A stretch of DNA of 64,000 nucleotides from an uncultured Chloroflexia bacterium (GTDB taxonomy: Bacteria > Chloroflexota > Limnocylindria > QHBO01): the NCBI GenBank assembly GCA_963827475.1, contig CAWHAZ010000005.1, positions 1,002,851-1,066,850 of the forward strand, in the 5' to 3' direction. Every line of letters begins with the position of its first letter. Position 1 is the first letter of the stretch. Below, in pieces: positions 21,565-33,244 of the stretch. The translations under genes were made by a program, and so were the position numbers. Below the pieces are notes generated by a model. It had not been told where the DNA came from, searched no databases, and saw nothing but the letters and a program-made list of their open reading frames with translations.

Positions 21565-22349
21565 CTAGGCCTCGGCGAGGACCCGGACGAGCTCCTCGTG
21601 GAGATGGCCGTTGGTGGCCAGCGCGGTCGGGCCGGCATAGCCCGGGCTGCCGGCCACGTCCGTGAAGCGGCCGCCGGCCTCGGTGACGATCATGGCCGGG
21701 GCGGCCAGGTCCCAGGGCTTGACCTTCGTCTCGACCATGACGTCGGCCGAGCCCTGGGCGACGAGCATGTAGCCCAGCGCGTCGCCGAACCCGCGGTCCC
21801 GTTTCGACTGGTGCAGCGCCTGCCACAGGCCGGGACCCATGCCCCTCCCGCTGCATCGCTCCCACGCCGGCATGGACGACCTGCGCCTCGGCCAGGCGGC
21901 GGACGTCGGAGACGCGGATCGGTCGCTCGCGGCCGAAATGGACGGTCGTCGCCCCGAGGCCGCGCGCCGCGGACCAGCGCTGGGAGAGCGCCGGCGAGGA
22001 GACGACGGCGGCCACCAGGTCCCCGTCCTGCTCGACGGCGATGAGCGTGGCCCACACGGCAATCCGCCGGGTGAAGTTCACCGTCCCGTCGATCGGATCG
22101 ATGATCCAGCGCGCCTCGCCGCTCTCCGGGTTCCGCGCCCATCTCCTCGCCCAGGATGCCGTGGTCCGGGAACGCCGCCCCGATTCGTTCCCGGATCGCC
22201 TGCTCGACGGCCGTGTCGGCCACCGTGACCGGCGTCCCATCGGCCTTGGCATGCGCTTCGACGCCATCGAGGAAGGCCGGCAGGGTGATGGCATCGGCCT
22301 CGTCGGCCAGTTGGAGGGCGAACGCGAGCAGGTCTGCCGGGTCAGCCAC
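21565..22349 (-). CDS. Inositol monophosphatase family, histidinol-phosphatase (HisN-like); apparent frameshifts
   Basis: KADGTPVT, WIIDPIDGT and WDLAA motifs across three frames. Confidence 0.82.
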
Positions 22350-23823
22350 TCCCGACCTCGTCCAGCCGCCGCCGGAGCTCTTCGTTGACCAGGCGGGCAT
22401 CGGCCTTGCCATCCAGCCGGGCCATGACCCGGCCCACCAGGAAGCCGTAGACCTGCTTCTTGCCGGACCGATACTCCCCGACCGCGGTCGCTTCGGCCGC
22501 CAGCACGGCGTCCACCGCCTCGCCGATGACAACCCCGTCGCTGACCTGGGCCAGGCCCTCGGCCACGATGACGACCCGCGGCATCTCCCCGCTCTCGAAG
22601 CAGCGAGCCAGGACCTGCTTCGCGGTGCTCGCCGAGACGCGTCCCGCCTCGACCTCCTCGATGAGCTCGGCCAGGCCTTCCGGGGGCAGGGCCACGTCCC
22701 GCGCGCGGAGCCCCTCCGCGGCGTGCTGGTTCAGGAGCCGGCTGAACTCGCCGCTCACCCAGTTGGCCGCCGCCTTGGGCGGCACGCCGGTCGCCACGAC
22801 CGCGTCGAAGTAGTCCCCCAGGCTCACCTCCGCGCTCAGGACCCCGGCGTCGTACGGCGTGAGCCCCAGCTCGGCGACGTACCGCGCCCGGCGCGCGGCG
22901 GGCAGCTCCGGCAGCGATGCCCGCAGCTCCGCCACCCATTCCGGCGAGGGACGCAGCGGCGGAAGGTCCGGCTCGGGGAAGTATCGGTAGTCGTTCGCCT
23001 CCTCCTTCGAGCGCTGGGGCATCGTGCGGCCGCCGGTCTCGTCCCAGCCGCGCGTCTCCTGGGTCAGCGGCACGCCGGCGGCCAGCGACTCGGTCATCCG
23101 CTCGACCTCGAACTCCATCGCCCGCTCCAGCGAGCGGAACGAGTTCAGGTTCTTGACCTCGACCTTCGTCCCGAACAGCTCGCTCCCCACCTCGCGCAGG
23201 CTGACGTTGCCCTCGATCCGCATCGAACCGGCTTCCATGTCCGCGTCCGACGCCCCGATGAAGCGGAGGAGGTCGCGCAGGGTCTCGCCGTAGGCCCGTG
23301 CCTGGGCCGGCGAGCGGAGGTCAGGCTCGGTCACGACCTCCATCAGCGGCACGCCAGCCCGGTTGAAGTCCACCAGGGAGTGGTCCCGCCCGCCGTGGAG
23401 CAGCCGGGCGGTGTCCTCCTCCAGGTGGGCGCGGGTGATCTGGACCATGATCTCGCGCTCCTCGGCCGTGACCGGCACCGCCAGCCGGCCGTTGGCGGTC
23501 AGCGGCAGCGCGTACTGGCTGATCTGGTAGCCCTTCGGCAGGTCGGGGTAGAAGTAGTTCTTCCGCTCGAAGCGGACCGCCTCGGTCTGGACCTCCGCCT
23601 CCAGGGCGAGCCCGGTGAGCATCACCAGCTCGACCGCGCGGCGGTTGATGACCGGGAGCGTGCCGGGCATGCCCATGCAGATGGGGCAGACCCGCGTGTT
23701 CGGCTCGTCCGCCTCGCCGGGGAGTGGCGCCGTGCGGCAGCGGCAGAACATCTTCGAGGCCGTTCGCAGCTGAGCGTGGACCTCGATCCCGATCACGGTC
23801 TCGTAAGCGACGGCGGCGACCAC
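22342..23823 (-). CDS. gatB: Asp/Glu-tRNA amidotransferase subunit B
   Basis: IGIEVHAQL, RKNYFYPDLPKGYQISQ, DYRYFPEPDL. Confidence 0.97.
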   Translation of the reverse strand: MVAAVAYETVIGIEVHAQLRTASKMFCRCRTAPLPGEADEPNTRVCPICMGMPGTLPVINRRAVELVMLTGLALEAEVQTEAVRFERKNYFYPDLPKGYQISQYALPLTANGRLAVPVTAEEREIMVQITRAHLEEDTARLLHGGRDHSLVDFNRAGVPLMEVVTEPDLRSPAQARAYGETLRDLLRFIGASDADMEAGSMRIEGNVSLREVGSELFGTKVEVKNLNSFRSLERAMEFEVERMTESLAAGVPLTQETRGWDETGGRTMPQRSKEEANDYRYFPEPDLPPLRPSPEWVAELRASLPELPAARRARYVAELGLTPYDAGVLSAEVSLGDYFDAVVATGVPPKAAANWVSGEFSRLLNQHAAEGLRARDVALPPEGLAELIEEVEAGRVSASTAKQVLARCFESGEMPRVVIVAEGLAQVSDGVVIGEAVDAVLAAEATAVGEYRSGKKQVYGFLVGRVMARLDGKADARLVNEELRRRLDEVGSG

Positions 23824-23846
23824 GGCCGGATTGTATGCTCCGGCCC

Positions 23847-24266
23847 GTGCGCATCGGCGAATGGGAGCAGATCGGTCGCTCGCGCGCCCTCGTCCAGCGC
23901 CAGCTGGGCGAGCTGGGCGCGGTCGAGCTGGCGGCCCACGTCACGATCAACCCCGACAGCGAACGGCAGCGGGTGCTGATCGCGACCGATATCGGTCTGC
24001 TCGACTACAACTTCGCGCCGCAGTCCGTCGGATCGGCGACCTACGAGCTGCGCGGCGGGCTGTACCGATGGCCGTCCATCCGGAGCATGCGCCTCCAGAG
24101 CGACGCCCAATGGGATGACAACTCGAAGACCGCCCGCTCCGTGTGGCGGCTCATCGCGGAGGAGCCCAAGATCGAGCTGGCGGCCGAGTCGAACGAGCAG
24201 GACAAGAGCCAGGTCTCCGCGCTGCTCGACTTCGCCCGCGCCTGCTTCAGCTCCCTGGACAAGTAG
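23847..24266 (+). CDS. Hypothetical protein
   Basis: GC3-rich ORF divergent from gatB; TATGCT 7 nt before GTG 23847 (ATG 23835 is an alternative start). Confidence 0.65.
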   Translation: MRIGEWEQIGRSRALVQRQLGELGAVELAAHVTINPDSERQRVLIATDIGLLDYNFAPQSVGSATYELRGGLYRWPSIRSMRLQSDAQWDDNSKTARSVWRLIAEEPKIELAAESNEQDKSQVSALLDFARACFSSLDK

Positions 24267-24314
24267 CGGCGATACTGGCGCCCCTCTGTTCCGCCAAATG
24301 AGGTTGACTGACCG

Positions 24315-25067
24315 ATGACCTCGCGTGCCCTGCGTCCAGGCGCGATCCTGCTGGTCGCCATGCTGGCCGCCTGCTCGCCGTCGGCGTCGGCCTCACCATC
24401 CCATTCGGCACATCCGACCGACCACGAACCGTCACCGGTTCCCTCCGAATCCGCCGCCGCACTCTGCGACCCGGGCGTCGTCTGCAACGGCCCGCTGGCG
24501 GCGGGCGACTACGTGTCGGAGACGACCGGGACCCACATCGAGTTCAGCCTGGACGACCACGACTGGTCGGGCCTGGCGGACACGCCCGGCGTCGGCTTCG
24601 GCCTGCTCCTGGCCGACGTGGAGGATGCGGCCATCAGCGCCCTCGCGTTCGGGGGTGAGTACTTCACCGACGCCTGCGACCCGGAGGCCGGCACCAGCAC
24701 GACCGGCACCACGCCGGCCGAGTTCATGGCCATGCTGGCCGGTCGCACCGGGGTCACCGCCGGTGCGCCGGTCGAGGTCGAGGTCGGCGGCCGGCCCGCG
24801 CTCCAGGTGGACCTGACCACGGCCATCGACGCTGCATGCGCGGCGACCGGTGACGGCCAGATCTCGGTGTGGCCCCTACCGCCCGGGGGTCCGTTTGACT
24901 TCGAGGACATGGAACAGGCCCGGATCATTGCCGTCGACGGAGGGAGCGCCACCGTGATCCTCGTGGCCGAGGCACGATCGGAAATCGAGGACTACGACCA
25001 CTTCCTCGAGCACGCCACGGAAGTCTTCGACTCCATGACGATCACGCCGCTCGTCACGCCTCTCTAG
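24315..25067 (+). CDS. Hypothetical lipoprotein
   Basis: Lipobox LAAC followed by a Ser/Pro linker. Confidence 0.75.
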   Translation: MTSRALRPGAILLVAMLAACSPSASASPSHSAHPTDHEPSPVPSESAAALCDPGVVCNGPLAAGDYVSETTGTHIEFSLDDHDWSGLADTPGVGFGLLLADVEDAAISALAFGGEYFTDACDPEAGTSTTGTTPAEFMAMLAGRTGVTAGAPVEVEVGGRPALQVDLTTAIDAACAATGDGQISVWPLPPGGPFDFEDMEQARIIAVDGGSATVILVAEARSEIEDYDHFLEHATEVFDSMTITPLVTPL

Positions 25068-25073
25068 GCGCCT

Positions 25074-26286
25074 CTAGGCGGCGTTCCTCCGCCGGGCGCC
25101 CACGAACCGCTCGATGCGGTCCATCGCTTCCTCGATCTGCTCGTAGGCGGTCGCGTAGCAGGCCCGCACGTGGCCGGCGCCCGAAGGCCCGAAGGCCTCG
25201 CCCGGGACCACCGCGACGTGCTCCTCGGCGAGGAGCTGCTGGGCGAAGTCCTCGGCTGACAGGCCGGTGGCGGCGGTCACCTCGGGGAAGGCGTAGAACG
25301 CGCCCATCGGTTCGAAGCAGAGCAGACCGATCTCGTTCAGCCGCCGGACCATGAGCTGCCGGCGGCGGTCGTACTCGGCCAGCATGTCCTGGACGAACGG
25401 CTCCCCCACCTCGAGCGCGGCGATGGCCGCGTGCTGGGCGGCGGTGGGGGCGCACATGATCCCGTACTGGTGGACCTTGGCGATCCCGGCCATGAGGTCC
25501 GCCGGCGCCGCCACGTAGCCGATCCGCCAGCCGGTCATGGCGTACGCCTTCGAAAAGCCGCCGATGAGGACCGTTCGGTCCCGCATCCGCGGCAGGGCGC
25601 TGAAGGCGGTGTGGCGATGCCCGCCGTACACCAGCCGGTCGTAGATCTCGTCGCTGATGACCAGCAGGTCGTGGCGCTCGGCGACATCCCCGATCGCCGC
25701 CAGCTCGTCGGCATCCAGGACCGCCCCGGTCGGGTTGTTCGGGTAGCCGAGGAAGATCGCCTTGGTGCGGGGCGTGATGGCGGCCTCGATCTGGTCGGCG
25801 GTGACGCGGAAGTCGGTGGCGTCGGACGTGGACAGCGCGACCGGCACGCCGCCGGCGAGGGTGATGCACGGGCGCGTAGGCCACGAAGCACGGCTCGTGG
25901 TAGATCACCTCGTCCCCGGGGTTGATCACCGCCCGCAGGGTGGCGTCCAGGCCCTCGCTGGCGCCGACGGTGATGACCAGCTCCCCGCGGGGCTCGTAGC
26001 GGACCCCGTACCGATCCGCCAGGTTCGCGGCCACCAGCTCGCGCAGCTCGATCATCCCGCCGTTCGCGGTGTAGTGCGTCTCCCCCGCCTCGAGGGCGGC
26101 GATCGCCGCCCGGGTGAGGGGCTCGGGCGTCGTGAAGTCCGGCTCCCCGATGGTCAGGCTGATGACGTCCTTCATCTCCGCCAGCATGTCGAAGAAGCGG
26201 CGGATGCCCGAGGGCTGGATGTGCCGAACGGTGTCGTTCAGGAACTCGGCCGGAGCCCGGACGGTGCCGGTCGCGTCGGTGGTCAT
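25074..26286 (-). CDS. PLP-dependent aminotransferase class I/II; apparent frameshift near 25868
   Basis: IGEPDF, PNNPTG, SDEIY, SKAYAMTGWRIG. Confidence 0.92.
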
Positions 26287-26299
26287 CGGTCCATCCAGT

Positions 26300-27127
26300 C
26301 TATCTGTCCGACTGTGCCGGCATCCGCTCCCCCGCCCGTACCGCCACCGGCAGGACGTTGGCCGGCCACGGGAGGGGGCAGGTGGCATACGGACTGAACA
26401 CGCAGGGCGGGTTGTACGCCAGGTTGAAGTCGACCACGACCGATCCGTCCTCCGCCACGGGCTCGCTCACCAGGAAGCGGCCGCCGGAGTAGGTCTCCTG
26501 CCCGTTCGTCGTGTCGCCGAAGATGAGCCACAGGGCGTTCGTCGTCCTCCTGGAGCGCGTCGAGGGTGAGGTCTCTGCCGTCGATCGTGAAGTGGACGAC
26601 GCCGGGCGACTCCTCCTGGCGGACGTCGCCCAGGACGTCGGGCACGTCCACCGTCCGCAGGCCCGGCGGCCGCTCGAGGCGTCCCGTGACCCGCCATGCC
26701 GGATCCACCGGGAAGCGCGGGACGCCGGGGAAGGATTTGAGGATTGGTGCCTCCGTGTCGCGGACCCGGAGGCCGAGCGCGGTCGCCGCGCCGAATCAGG
26801 TGAAATCGCAGCGAGCCCGAGCTCGACGATCGTGGGCGCTCCCGCCAGGTCGTCGGTGAGCGGGACCTCCGCCGCCGATGCGAACTCCGGGCTCGGCCGG
26901 TAGGTCGCCTCGCCGTCGGTCACTTCCAGGCTCCCGGCGTGCGGCGGCACGCCGCGGCCGATCAGATGGATCGGGTTCGCTGGATCGGAACCTACGGCCT
27001 GCGATCCCTCGGTCAGCCAGTGGAGGCCGACCAGCGCGAGCCAGCCTTTCGGCGACCGCAGCCGCGCATCACGCTCCGCGTCCCACGCCGCGATGCTCGC
27101 CGCGTATTCGCCGGGCTCGTCCCCCAT
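26300..27127 (-). CDS. DUF1684 family protein; apparent frameshifts
   Basis: GWLALVGLHWL, FGDTTNGQETYSGGRFL, DFNLAYNPPC. Confidence 0.85.
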   Translation of the reverse strand: MGDEPGEYAASIAAWDAERDARLRSPKGWLALVGLHWLTEGSQAVGSDPANPIHLIGRGVPPHAGSLEVTDGEATYRPSPEFASAAEVPLTDDLAGAPTIVELGLAAISPDSARRPRSASGSATRRHQSSNPSPASRASRWIRHGGSRDASSGRRACGRWTCPTSWATSARRSRPASSTSRSTAETSPSTRSRRTTNALWLIFGDTTNGQETYSGGRFLVSEPVAEDGSVVVDFNLAYNPPCVFSPYATCPLPWPANVLPVAVRAGERMPAQSDR

Positions 27128-27719
27128 CAGGCGCTGGCGGGCAGGAAGATGAGGGTCGGGGCGTCGTCCTCGCCGAGGCGGACGTAGCGGGCCGGGCCGT
27201 CGCTCACCGGGTTGGCGGCCGCTTCGCGGCCGACCGATGTCGTCCCGTCCAGGGCGACCGCGACCGGTCCCTCCCCGAAGCGGGCCAGGCAGGCCGCCAC
27301 GTACCCCTCGGCCGTGGGCTCGGCGAGGACCAGCACGCTCCGGCCGAGGGTCGTCCGGCGGCAGCTCGCCTTCAGCAGCGGGTCCTCCCCCGTCTCCCAC
27401 CACTTCGCATCGGCGCCGACGACCGGCTTCAGATCCTCGACGGCGCGGGCCGCGTCGACCGTGGCCAGGATCACGCCCCGGGGCGGCTCGGTCCAGTCGT
27501 CCACCGGGCGGGGCCACAGGCCCTCGCGGGCGGGGTCATCGGGCGGCTCGACGTTCAGCAGTCAGGGCGCCTCGGATCCCGTACCACTCGATTTGGGCAC
27601 GGTCCGCGTAGTCGGTCGACAGCCACTGCGGAAAGGACTGGGCGCCGCCCTCGCGGAATGACGCGGTTGAGGGTCGTCAGGTCGGGCACGGCGAGGTGGA
27701 CGTGGCTGATCTCGGGCAT
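27127..27719 (-). CDS. Hypothetical protein; 5' part apparently frameshifted
   Basis: ORF 27127..27504 plus an upstream coding-like stretch from ATG 27719 preceded by TAGACT. Confidence 0.5.
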
Positions 27720-27750
27720 CGGTTTCGCAGTCTAGCGGTAGGATCGGCGC

Positions 27751-28580
27751 ATGGAGAAGAGCGGATTCATCCCGGTCAACGGTGGTCGGCTGTACTACGA
27801 AGAGGCGGGCGAGGGGCCACCCCTCGTGCTGCTCCATGCCGGCGTGGCGAACCTCCGGCAGTGGGATCCGCACGTCCCCGCCTTCGCCGAGCGCTACCGC
27901 GTGATCCGCTACGACTCGCGCGGCTATGGCGCGTCCGAGAGCGAGCACGTCGAGTTCTCGAACCACGGTGACCTGGAGCAGGCGCTCGACCACCTGAACG
28001 TGGAGTCGACCCATCTGCTGGGCACCTCGCGCTCGGCGTCGATCGCCCTGAACTTCACCGTCACCAACCCGAACCGGGTGACCAGCCTGATCGAGGTCGC
28101 CGGTGGCGGCGTGGGCGAGCCCGCGGATCTGTCCGAAGCAGAGGTCGCCCTGGGCGACGCCATGGAGAAGGCAAGCGAGGAGGCGCTGGAGGCGAAGGAC
28201 TGGGCGCGGCTGGCCGAGCTGGAGACCGCGTTCTGGGGCGACGGCCCGGGGCAGCCCGATAGGGCGCCTGGATGCCGCCATCCGCGACCAGCTGCACGAC
28301 TGGATCCTCACCACCTACGCCGCCGAGAAGGAGGAGGCCATCCCGCAACGGCTCGATCCGCCGGCCGACGATCGCATCGACCAGGTCACGATGCCGCTCC
28401 TCGTGGTCATCGGCTCCCTCGACGAGGCGTACACCAACGCCACCTGCCGCATCCTGGCCGAGACCGTGCCCGGCGCCCGGCTCGAGGTCTTCGAGGGCGC
28501 GGCCCACATGCTCAACCTCGAGCAGCCCGAGCGGTTCACGAAGCTGGTGCTGGAGTTCCTCGGCCTCGACTTCGGCCTAG
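27751..28580 (+). CDS. Alpha/beta hydrolase; apparent frameshift near 28260
   Basis: LVLLHAG, YDSRGYG, GTSRS, AHMLNLEQPE; TAGGAT 6 nt before ATG. Confidence 0.87.
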
Positions 28581-29295
28581 CTAGGCGCCGGGCGCCTGGG
28601 CCTTCGCCACGTCACCGATGATCGCGGCGAGCTCGCGGGGGCGCGACCACATCGGCCAGTGGCTGGTCGGCAGGTCGATCCAGGTGGTGTTGCGGAGCTC
28701 GGGGATGCCGGCGAGGAATGCCCAATCGGGGTGCTCCCTGGCGTAGGTCTGGTACTGCTCGGCGGTGAACCCGGTGCAGATCAGGGTGCTCGGGATGTCG
28801 CGGCGGGCGTCGTTCGTCAGCTCGACGTTCTCGCGCAGGACGCCGGCAGGTTCGGGGACCGCTCGCTCCCGGAACGTCGCCTTCTGCTCGTCGCTGAGCC
28901 CGTCGAGGTTCTCCTCTTCCTCGATCTCCGCCCAGACCATGGGCTTGTCCGCCCCTTCGATCTCCGGATCCAGCGCGCCCACGCCCGGGGCGGTGTCGAC
29001 GTAGACCATGGCCGCGATCCGCTCGGGGACCCGGTCGCTGGCGGCGTAGCCGGAGAAGCCGGCCGCGCTGTGGACGACGAGGACCGCCGGGTCACCCGCC
29101 GCCTGAACGGCATCGACGATCGCCTGGATGTGGTCCGACAGGGTGATCGCGGAGCGGTCGGCGTCGGCCGACTCCAGGCCGGGGAGGGTCAGGGCGGTGA
29201 CCTGGTGGCCGTCGGCGCGCAGCAGCTCGGCGACCTCGTCCCAGGCCCAGGCGCCGAGCCAGAAGCCGGGAACGAGCACGATCGGTGAGGTGCAT
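28581..29295 (-). CDS. Alpha/beta hydrolase (esterase-like)
   Basis: [25 protein letters not shown]; GGAGG RBS before ATG 29295 with a likely 1-nt indel. Confidence 0.87.
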
Positions 29296-29313
29296 TTGTC
29301 GATCCTCCTGATG

Positions 29314-30814
29314 CTAGTCGTGGGCGGTTGGTGGACGGAGGGCTGTGAAGCCGGCGCGGCGCTCGTAGGCGTCGGCCACGCGGAGCACGGTCGCTTCGTC
29401 GAAGGCACGACCGATGACCTGGAACCCGACCGGCAGCTCGCCCGGAGAGCCCGCACGGGACCGAGATGCCCGGCAGGCCGGCGATGTTCACCGGCAGGGT
29501 GCAGGCGTCGTTGAGGTACATGAGCAGCGGGTCATCGGTCTTGGCCCCGATCTTGAACGCGACCGATGGCGAGGTGGGCGCGAGCAGGGCGTCGACATCG
29601 GTCAGGACCTCGTCGAACTCGGCCTTGATCAGGGTCCGGACCTGCTGGGCCTTGAGGTAGTACGCGTCGTAGTAACCGGCCGATAACGCGTAGGTACCGA
29701 GGATGATGCGACGCTTGACCTCGGGACCGAATCCCGCTCCCCGGGTGAGGCGGTAGTTGTCGAGGAGCTCGTCCACGCCCGCCGAGGCGCCGTAGCGGAT
29801 CCCGTCGTAGCGGGCCAGGTTCGCGCTGGCCTCGGCCGGGGTGATGATGTAGTAGGTGGCCAGGCCCTTGTCGGTGGACGGCAGCGAGACGTCGACGATG
29901 TCCGCCCCGGCCGAGGCGAGGACCTCGATCGCGGCCCGAACCGCGGTCTCGACCCCCGGCTCCATGCCGGAGACGAAGAACTCGCGCGGAACACCGAGCC
30001 GCAGGCCGCGCACCTCCCCGTCGAGGGCGGCAACGTAGTCGGGAACGGGCTCCTCGACGGAGGTCGCGTCTCGCTGGTCGTGCCCCGCCAGGGCGCCCAG
30101 GACGATGGCCGCGTCCCGCACCGACCGGGTGAGCGGCCCGCCGCAGTCGAGCGAGGAGGCGAAGGCCACCATCCCGTATCGGCTCACCCGCCCGTAGGTC
30201 GGCTTCAGGCCCACCACGCCACTCAGGGCGCCGGGCTGGCGGATGCTGCCCCCGGTGTCGGTGCCGGTCGCGAAGAAGGCCTGCCCGGCGGCCACCGCGA
30301 CGGCGGACCCGCCGCTCGACCCACCCGGCACCGTGCTCTCGTCCCACGGGTTGCGCACCGGCCCGAAGGCGCTGTTCTCGTTCGAGGAGCCCATCGCGAA
30401 CTCGTCGAGGTTCGTCTTGCCCAGCAGCACCGCCCCGGCGGCGGCCATCCGATCCTCCGCGTCGCTCGCATACGGAGACCGATAGCCCTCCAGGATCCTC
30501 GACCCGGCCGTGGTCGGCAGACCTCCGTCCGGCTGCCCGTCGGCATCGAGGGCGCGGGTCACGAAGATGTCCTTCAGCGCGTACGGGATCCCGAGGAGGG
30601 GCGCCTTCACGCCGTCCCGGCGGGCCTGATCGGCAACGTCGGCATCGGTCAGTGCCCGCTCGGCGCCCACCGCCAGGAAGGTGTTCAGCCGGCTGCCGTC
30701 ACGCTCGATCCGAGCCAGGCAGGCCTCCACCAGCTCGCGGCTGGACAGCTCCCCGCGCTCCAGGAACGGGACGACCTCCGAGATGGTGCGGTCGGCGAGC
30801 GGCAGCTCAGGCAT
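29314..30814 (-). CDS. gatA: Asp/Glu-tRNA amidotransferase subunit A; apparent frameshift near 29443
   Basis: [30 protein letters not shown] amidase signature; follows gatC. Confidence 0.96.
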
Positions 30815-30824
30815 CGGTCAACGC

Positions 30825-31118
30825 CTACCTGCCCTCCTTGAGGATCAGGGGCACGCGGAGGTGGTCCCCCTCGCGCACTGGCGCGTTGGCGAGCGCCGCC
30901 TCGCGCGAGATGCCGTCCGACGGGATGTCATCGCGCATGACGTTTTCGAGCGCGAGCACGCTGGCGGTCGGCCCGACCTGGCTGGTGTCGACGTCGCGCA
31001 GGGCCTCGATCGCCACCAGGATCCGCGACAGCTGGCCCTCCATCAGGGCGAGCTCCTCATCGGTCAGGTGGAGGCGGGCGAGCGCGGCGACGTTCTCGAC
31101 GTCCGCGCGGGTGATCAT
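30825..31118 (-). CDS. gatC: Asp/Glu-tRNA amidotransferase subunit C
   Basis: VENVAALARL...ALANAP...LRVP; directly upstream of gatA. Confidence 0.95.
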   Translation of the reverse strand: MITRADVENVAALARLHLTDEELALMEGQLSRILVAIEALRDVDTSQVGPTASVLALENVMRDDIPSDGISREAALANAPVREGDHLRVPLILKEGR

Positions 31119-31148
31119 GAGCCGATGCTAGCAGGCCACAATGCGCCG

Positions 31149-32003
31149 ATGACCGAGGCCCCCCGGGTCGAGTCCCTGACCATCCCCAAGGGTCGGATCG
31201 AGCGACTGCGGATCCCCGGCGGACCGGGGAGGCCGCTGGTCGTGCTCGGCGGGGTCGAGACCGGCCTGCGGCCGCTCGCCGGCGCCGAGTCCGTGCATCT
31301 CCGACGCTGGGCGGACCGATCCCGGGCCCGGCCGGTGACGGTCGTCGGCCGACCGATTCCCGACGATCCGGCCGATGCGGACGTCCTCCTCCACCCGCGG
31401 TGGTCGGCCGCGGCGGTGGCGGTCGCGCTGGGCGACATGGCCGGCCCGTTCGCGGTCGAGGCCGAATCCGGCGGCGGCCGCATCTCGCTGTGGCTCACGG
31501 TCGACTACCCGGAGCTGATCTCGCGGCTCGTCCTCGCCGCCTCGTCTGCCGAGACACCACTGGATTCACCGATGGCGGTGCGCATGCGGGAGTGGATCGA
31601 GCTGGGCGAGCGGGACGACTGGGGCACGCTGTTCGGCCTCCAGGCCGAACAGCTCAAGGCCGGCGGTCCGGAAAGCACGGCGCCGGCGGCCGGGTCCTTC
31701 GCCGCGGTCGCGGCCCTCCAGCCTCGGCCGTCGACCCCGGAGCGGTTCCTGGCCGAGCTGCGGACGACGCTGGATCCGACGTCGTTCGTGACCGACCGGC
31801 TGGGGGAGATCACGGTGCCGGTGCTGGTGCTGATCGGCGGCGGGGATCGGGTCGTCCCGACGGCGTCGTCGGAGCTGCTCGCCTCCCGCATCCCGGGGGC
31901 GCGGATCGAGCGTGACCCGGCGTCGGGCCACACCGTCCGGGTCTCGTTCCGCGACTACGACCGGATCGTCGAAGCGTTCCTGGCCGAAGGCGACGCCGCG
32001 TGA
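31149..32003 (+). CDS. Alpha/beta hydrolase
   Basis: AESGGG elbow, GGGDRVVP, SGH. Confidence 0.75.
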   Translation: MTEAPRVESLTIPKGRIERLRIPGGPGRPLVVLGGVETGLRPLAGAESVHLRRWADRSRARPVTVVGRPIPDDPADADVLLHPRWSAAAVAVALGDMAGPFAVEAESGGGRISLWLTVDYPELISRLVLAASSAETPLDSPMAVRMREWIELGERDDWGTLFGLQAEQLKAGGPESTAPAAGSFAAVAALQPRPSTPERFLAELRTTLDPTSFVTDRLGEITVPVLVLIGGGDRVVPTASSELLASRIPGARIERDPASGHTVRVSFRDYDRIVEAFLAEGDAA

Positions 32004-33244
32004 CGGCCCCTGCTCCGGTCGCGGAGCCGGCAGGCCGCTGGAGCCAGCTCGCGATCCTGGCGGCCGCGGTGCTGCTCGCCAGCTCCCCGTGGTTCAGCGG
32101 CTCGGCCGTCGCGCCGAGCCTGACCGCGGAGTGGGGCCTGTCCGGGCTCGACACCGCCCTCCTGACCGTGGCCGTCCAGCTCGGGTTCGTGGTGGGAGCG
32201 CTCACCGTGGCGATCAGCGGCGCGGCCGACGTCCTGCCCGCGCGGTGGCTGATCGGAGTCGGCGCGGCGATCGCCGCCCTCGCCAACCTGGGATTCGCCC
32301 TCCTGGCCACCGACCTCGGCTCCGCCCTGCCGTGGCGGGCGCTCACCGGTTTCGGGGTCGCGGCCGTCTATCCGGTGGCGCTGCGGCACCTCGCGGGATG
32401 GTTCCGCGCCCAGCGAGGCCTCGCCGTCGGGGTGCTGGTGGGGGCGATCACCGGCGGCGCCTCGCTTCCCCACCTGTTCCGAGCCATCGGCGCCACGTCG
32501 GCGGTGGACTGGCAGCCGGTGGTCATCGCCGCCTCGGTCGCCACCGTGATCGGTGGGGTCATCGGTTTGGTCGGCGTGCGCGAGGGACCGCTGCACATCG
32601 GCGCCCAGCGCTTCTCGATGCAGCTCGCGGCCAGCGCGTTCCGCGAGCACTCCGTCCGGCTCGCGAACCTCGGCTACCTCGGGCACATGTGGGAGCTGTA
32701 CGCGATGTGGACCTGGGTGCCGGCGTTCCTGGCCGCCTCGTTCCTCGCGTTCGGCACGGAAGACCCGGCCCTCGCGTCCGCGGCCGCCTTCCTGATCGTC
32801 GCGGCCGGGGCGGTGGGGTGCGTCGTGGCCGGTGCCCTCGCCGACCGGGTCGGGCGAACAACGCTGACCATCGCCGCCATGGCGGGGAGCGGCGCCTGTG
32901 CCGTGCTCATCGGCCTGCTGTTCGGGGCGGCGCCCGCGTTGACCGTGGCCCTGGGCCTGGTGTGGGGGGTGACCGTGGTGGCGGACTCGGCCCAGTTCTC
33001 GACCGCGGTGAGCGAGCTCTCCCCGCCGGGCACCGCGGGGTCCGCGCTCGCGCTCCAGACGGCGAGTGGCTTCCTGCTGACCGGGATCACGATCCTGGGG
33101 ATCGGGCTCCTCGCTCCGGTCACCGGGGCGACATGGCAGGTGGCGTTCGCGTTGCTCGCGATCGGCCCGGCGCTGGGAATCGTGGCCATGTGGCGCCTGC
33201 GGCAGCGGCCGGAGGCGGTGAAGATGGCCGGGGGAAACCGCTAG
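32000..33244 (+). CDS. MFS transporter
   Basis: About 12 TM segments; GALADRVGR; GYLGHMWELYAMW. Confidence 0.92.
   Translation: MTAPAPVAEPAGRWSQLAILAAAVLLASSPWFSGSAVAPSLTAEWGLSGLDTALLTVAVQLGFVVGALTVAISGAADVLPARWLIGVGAAIAALANLGFALLATDLGSALPWRALTGFGVAAVYPVALRHLAGWFRAQRGLAVGVLVGAITGGASLPHLFRAIGATSAVDWQPVVIAASVATVIGGVIGLVGVREGPLHIGAQRFSMQLAASAFREHSVRLANLGYLGHMWELYAMWTWVPAFLAASFLAFGTEDPALASAAAFLIVAAGAVGCVVAGALADRVGRTTLTIAAMAGSGACAVLIGLLFGAAPALTVALGLVWGVTVVADSAQFSTAVSELSPPGTAGSALALQTASGFLLTGITILGIGLLAPVTGATWQVAFALLAIGPALGIVAMWRLRQRPEAVKMAGGNR

Noticed and set aside
22342-31118. gatB separated from gatCA
   Set aside because: Split gat operons are common, and the intervening genes show no mobility signal
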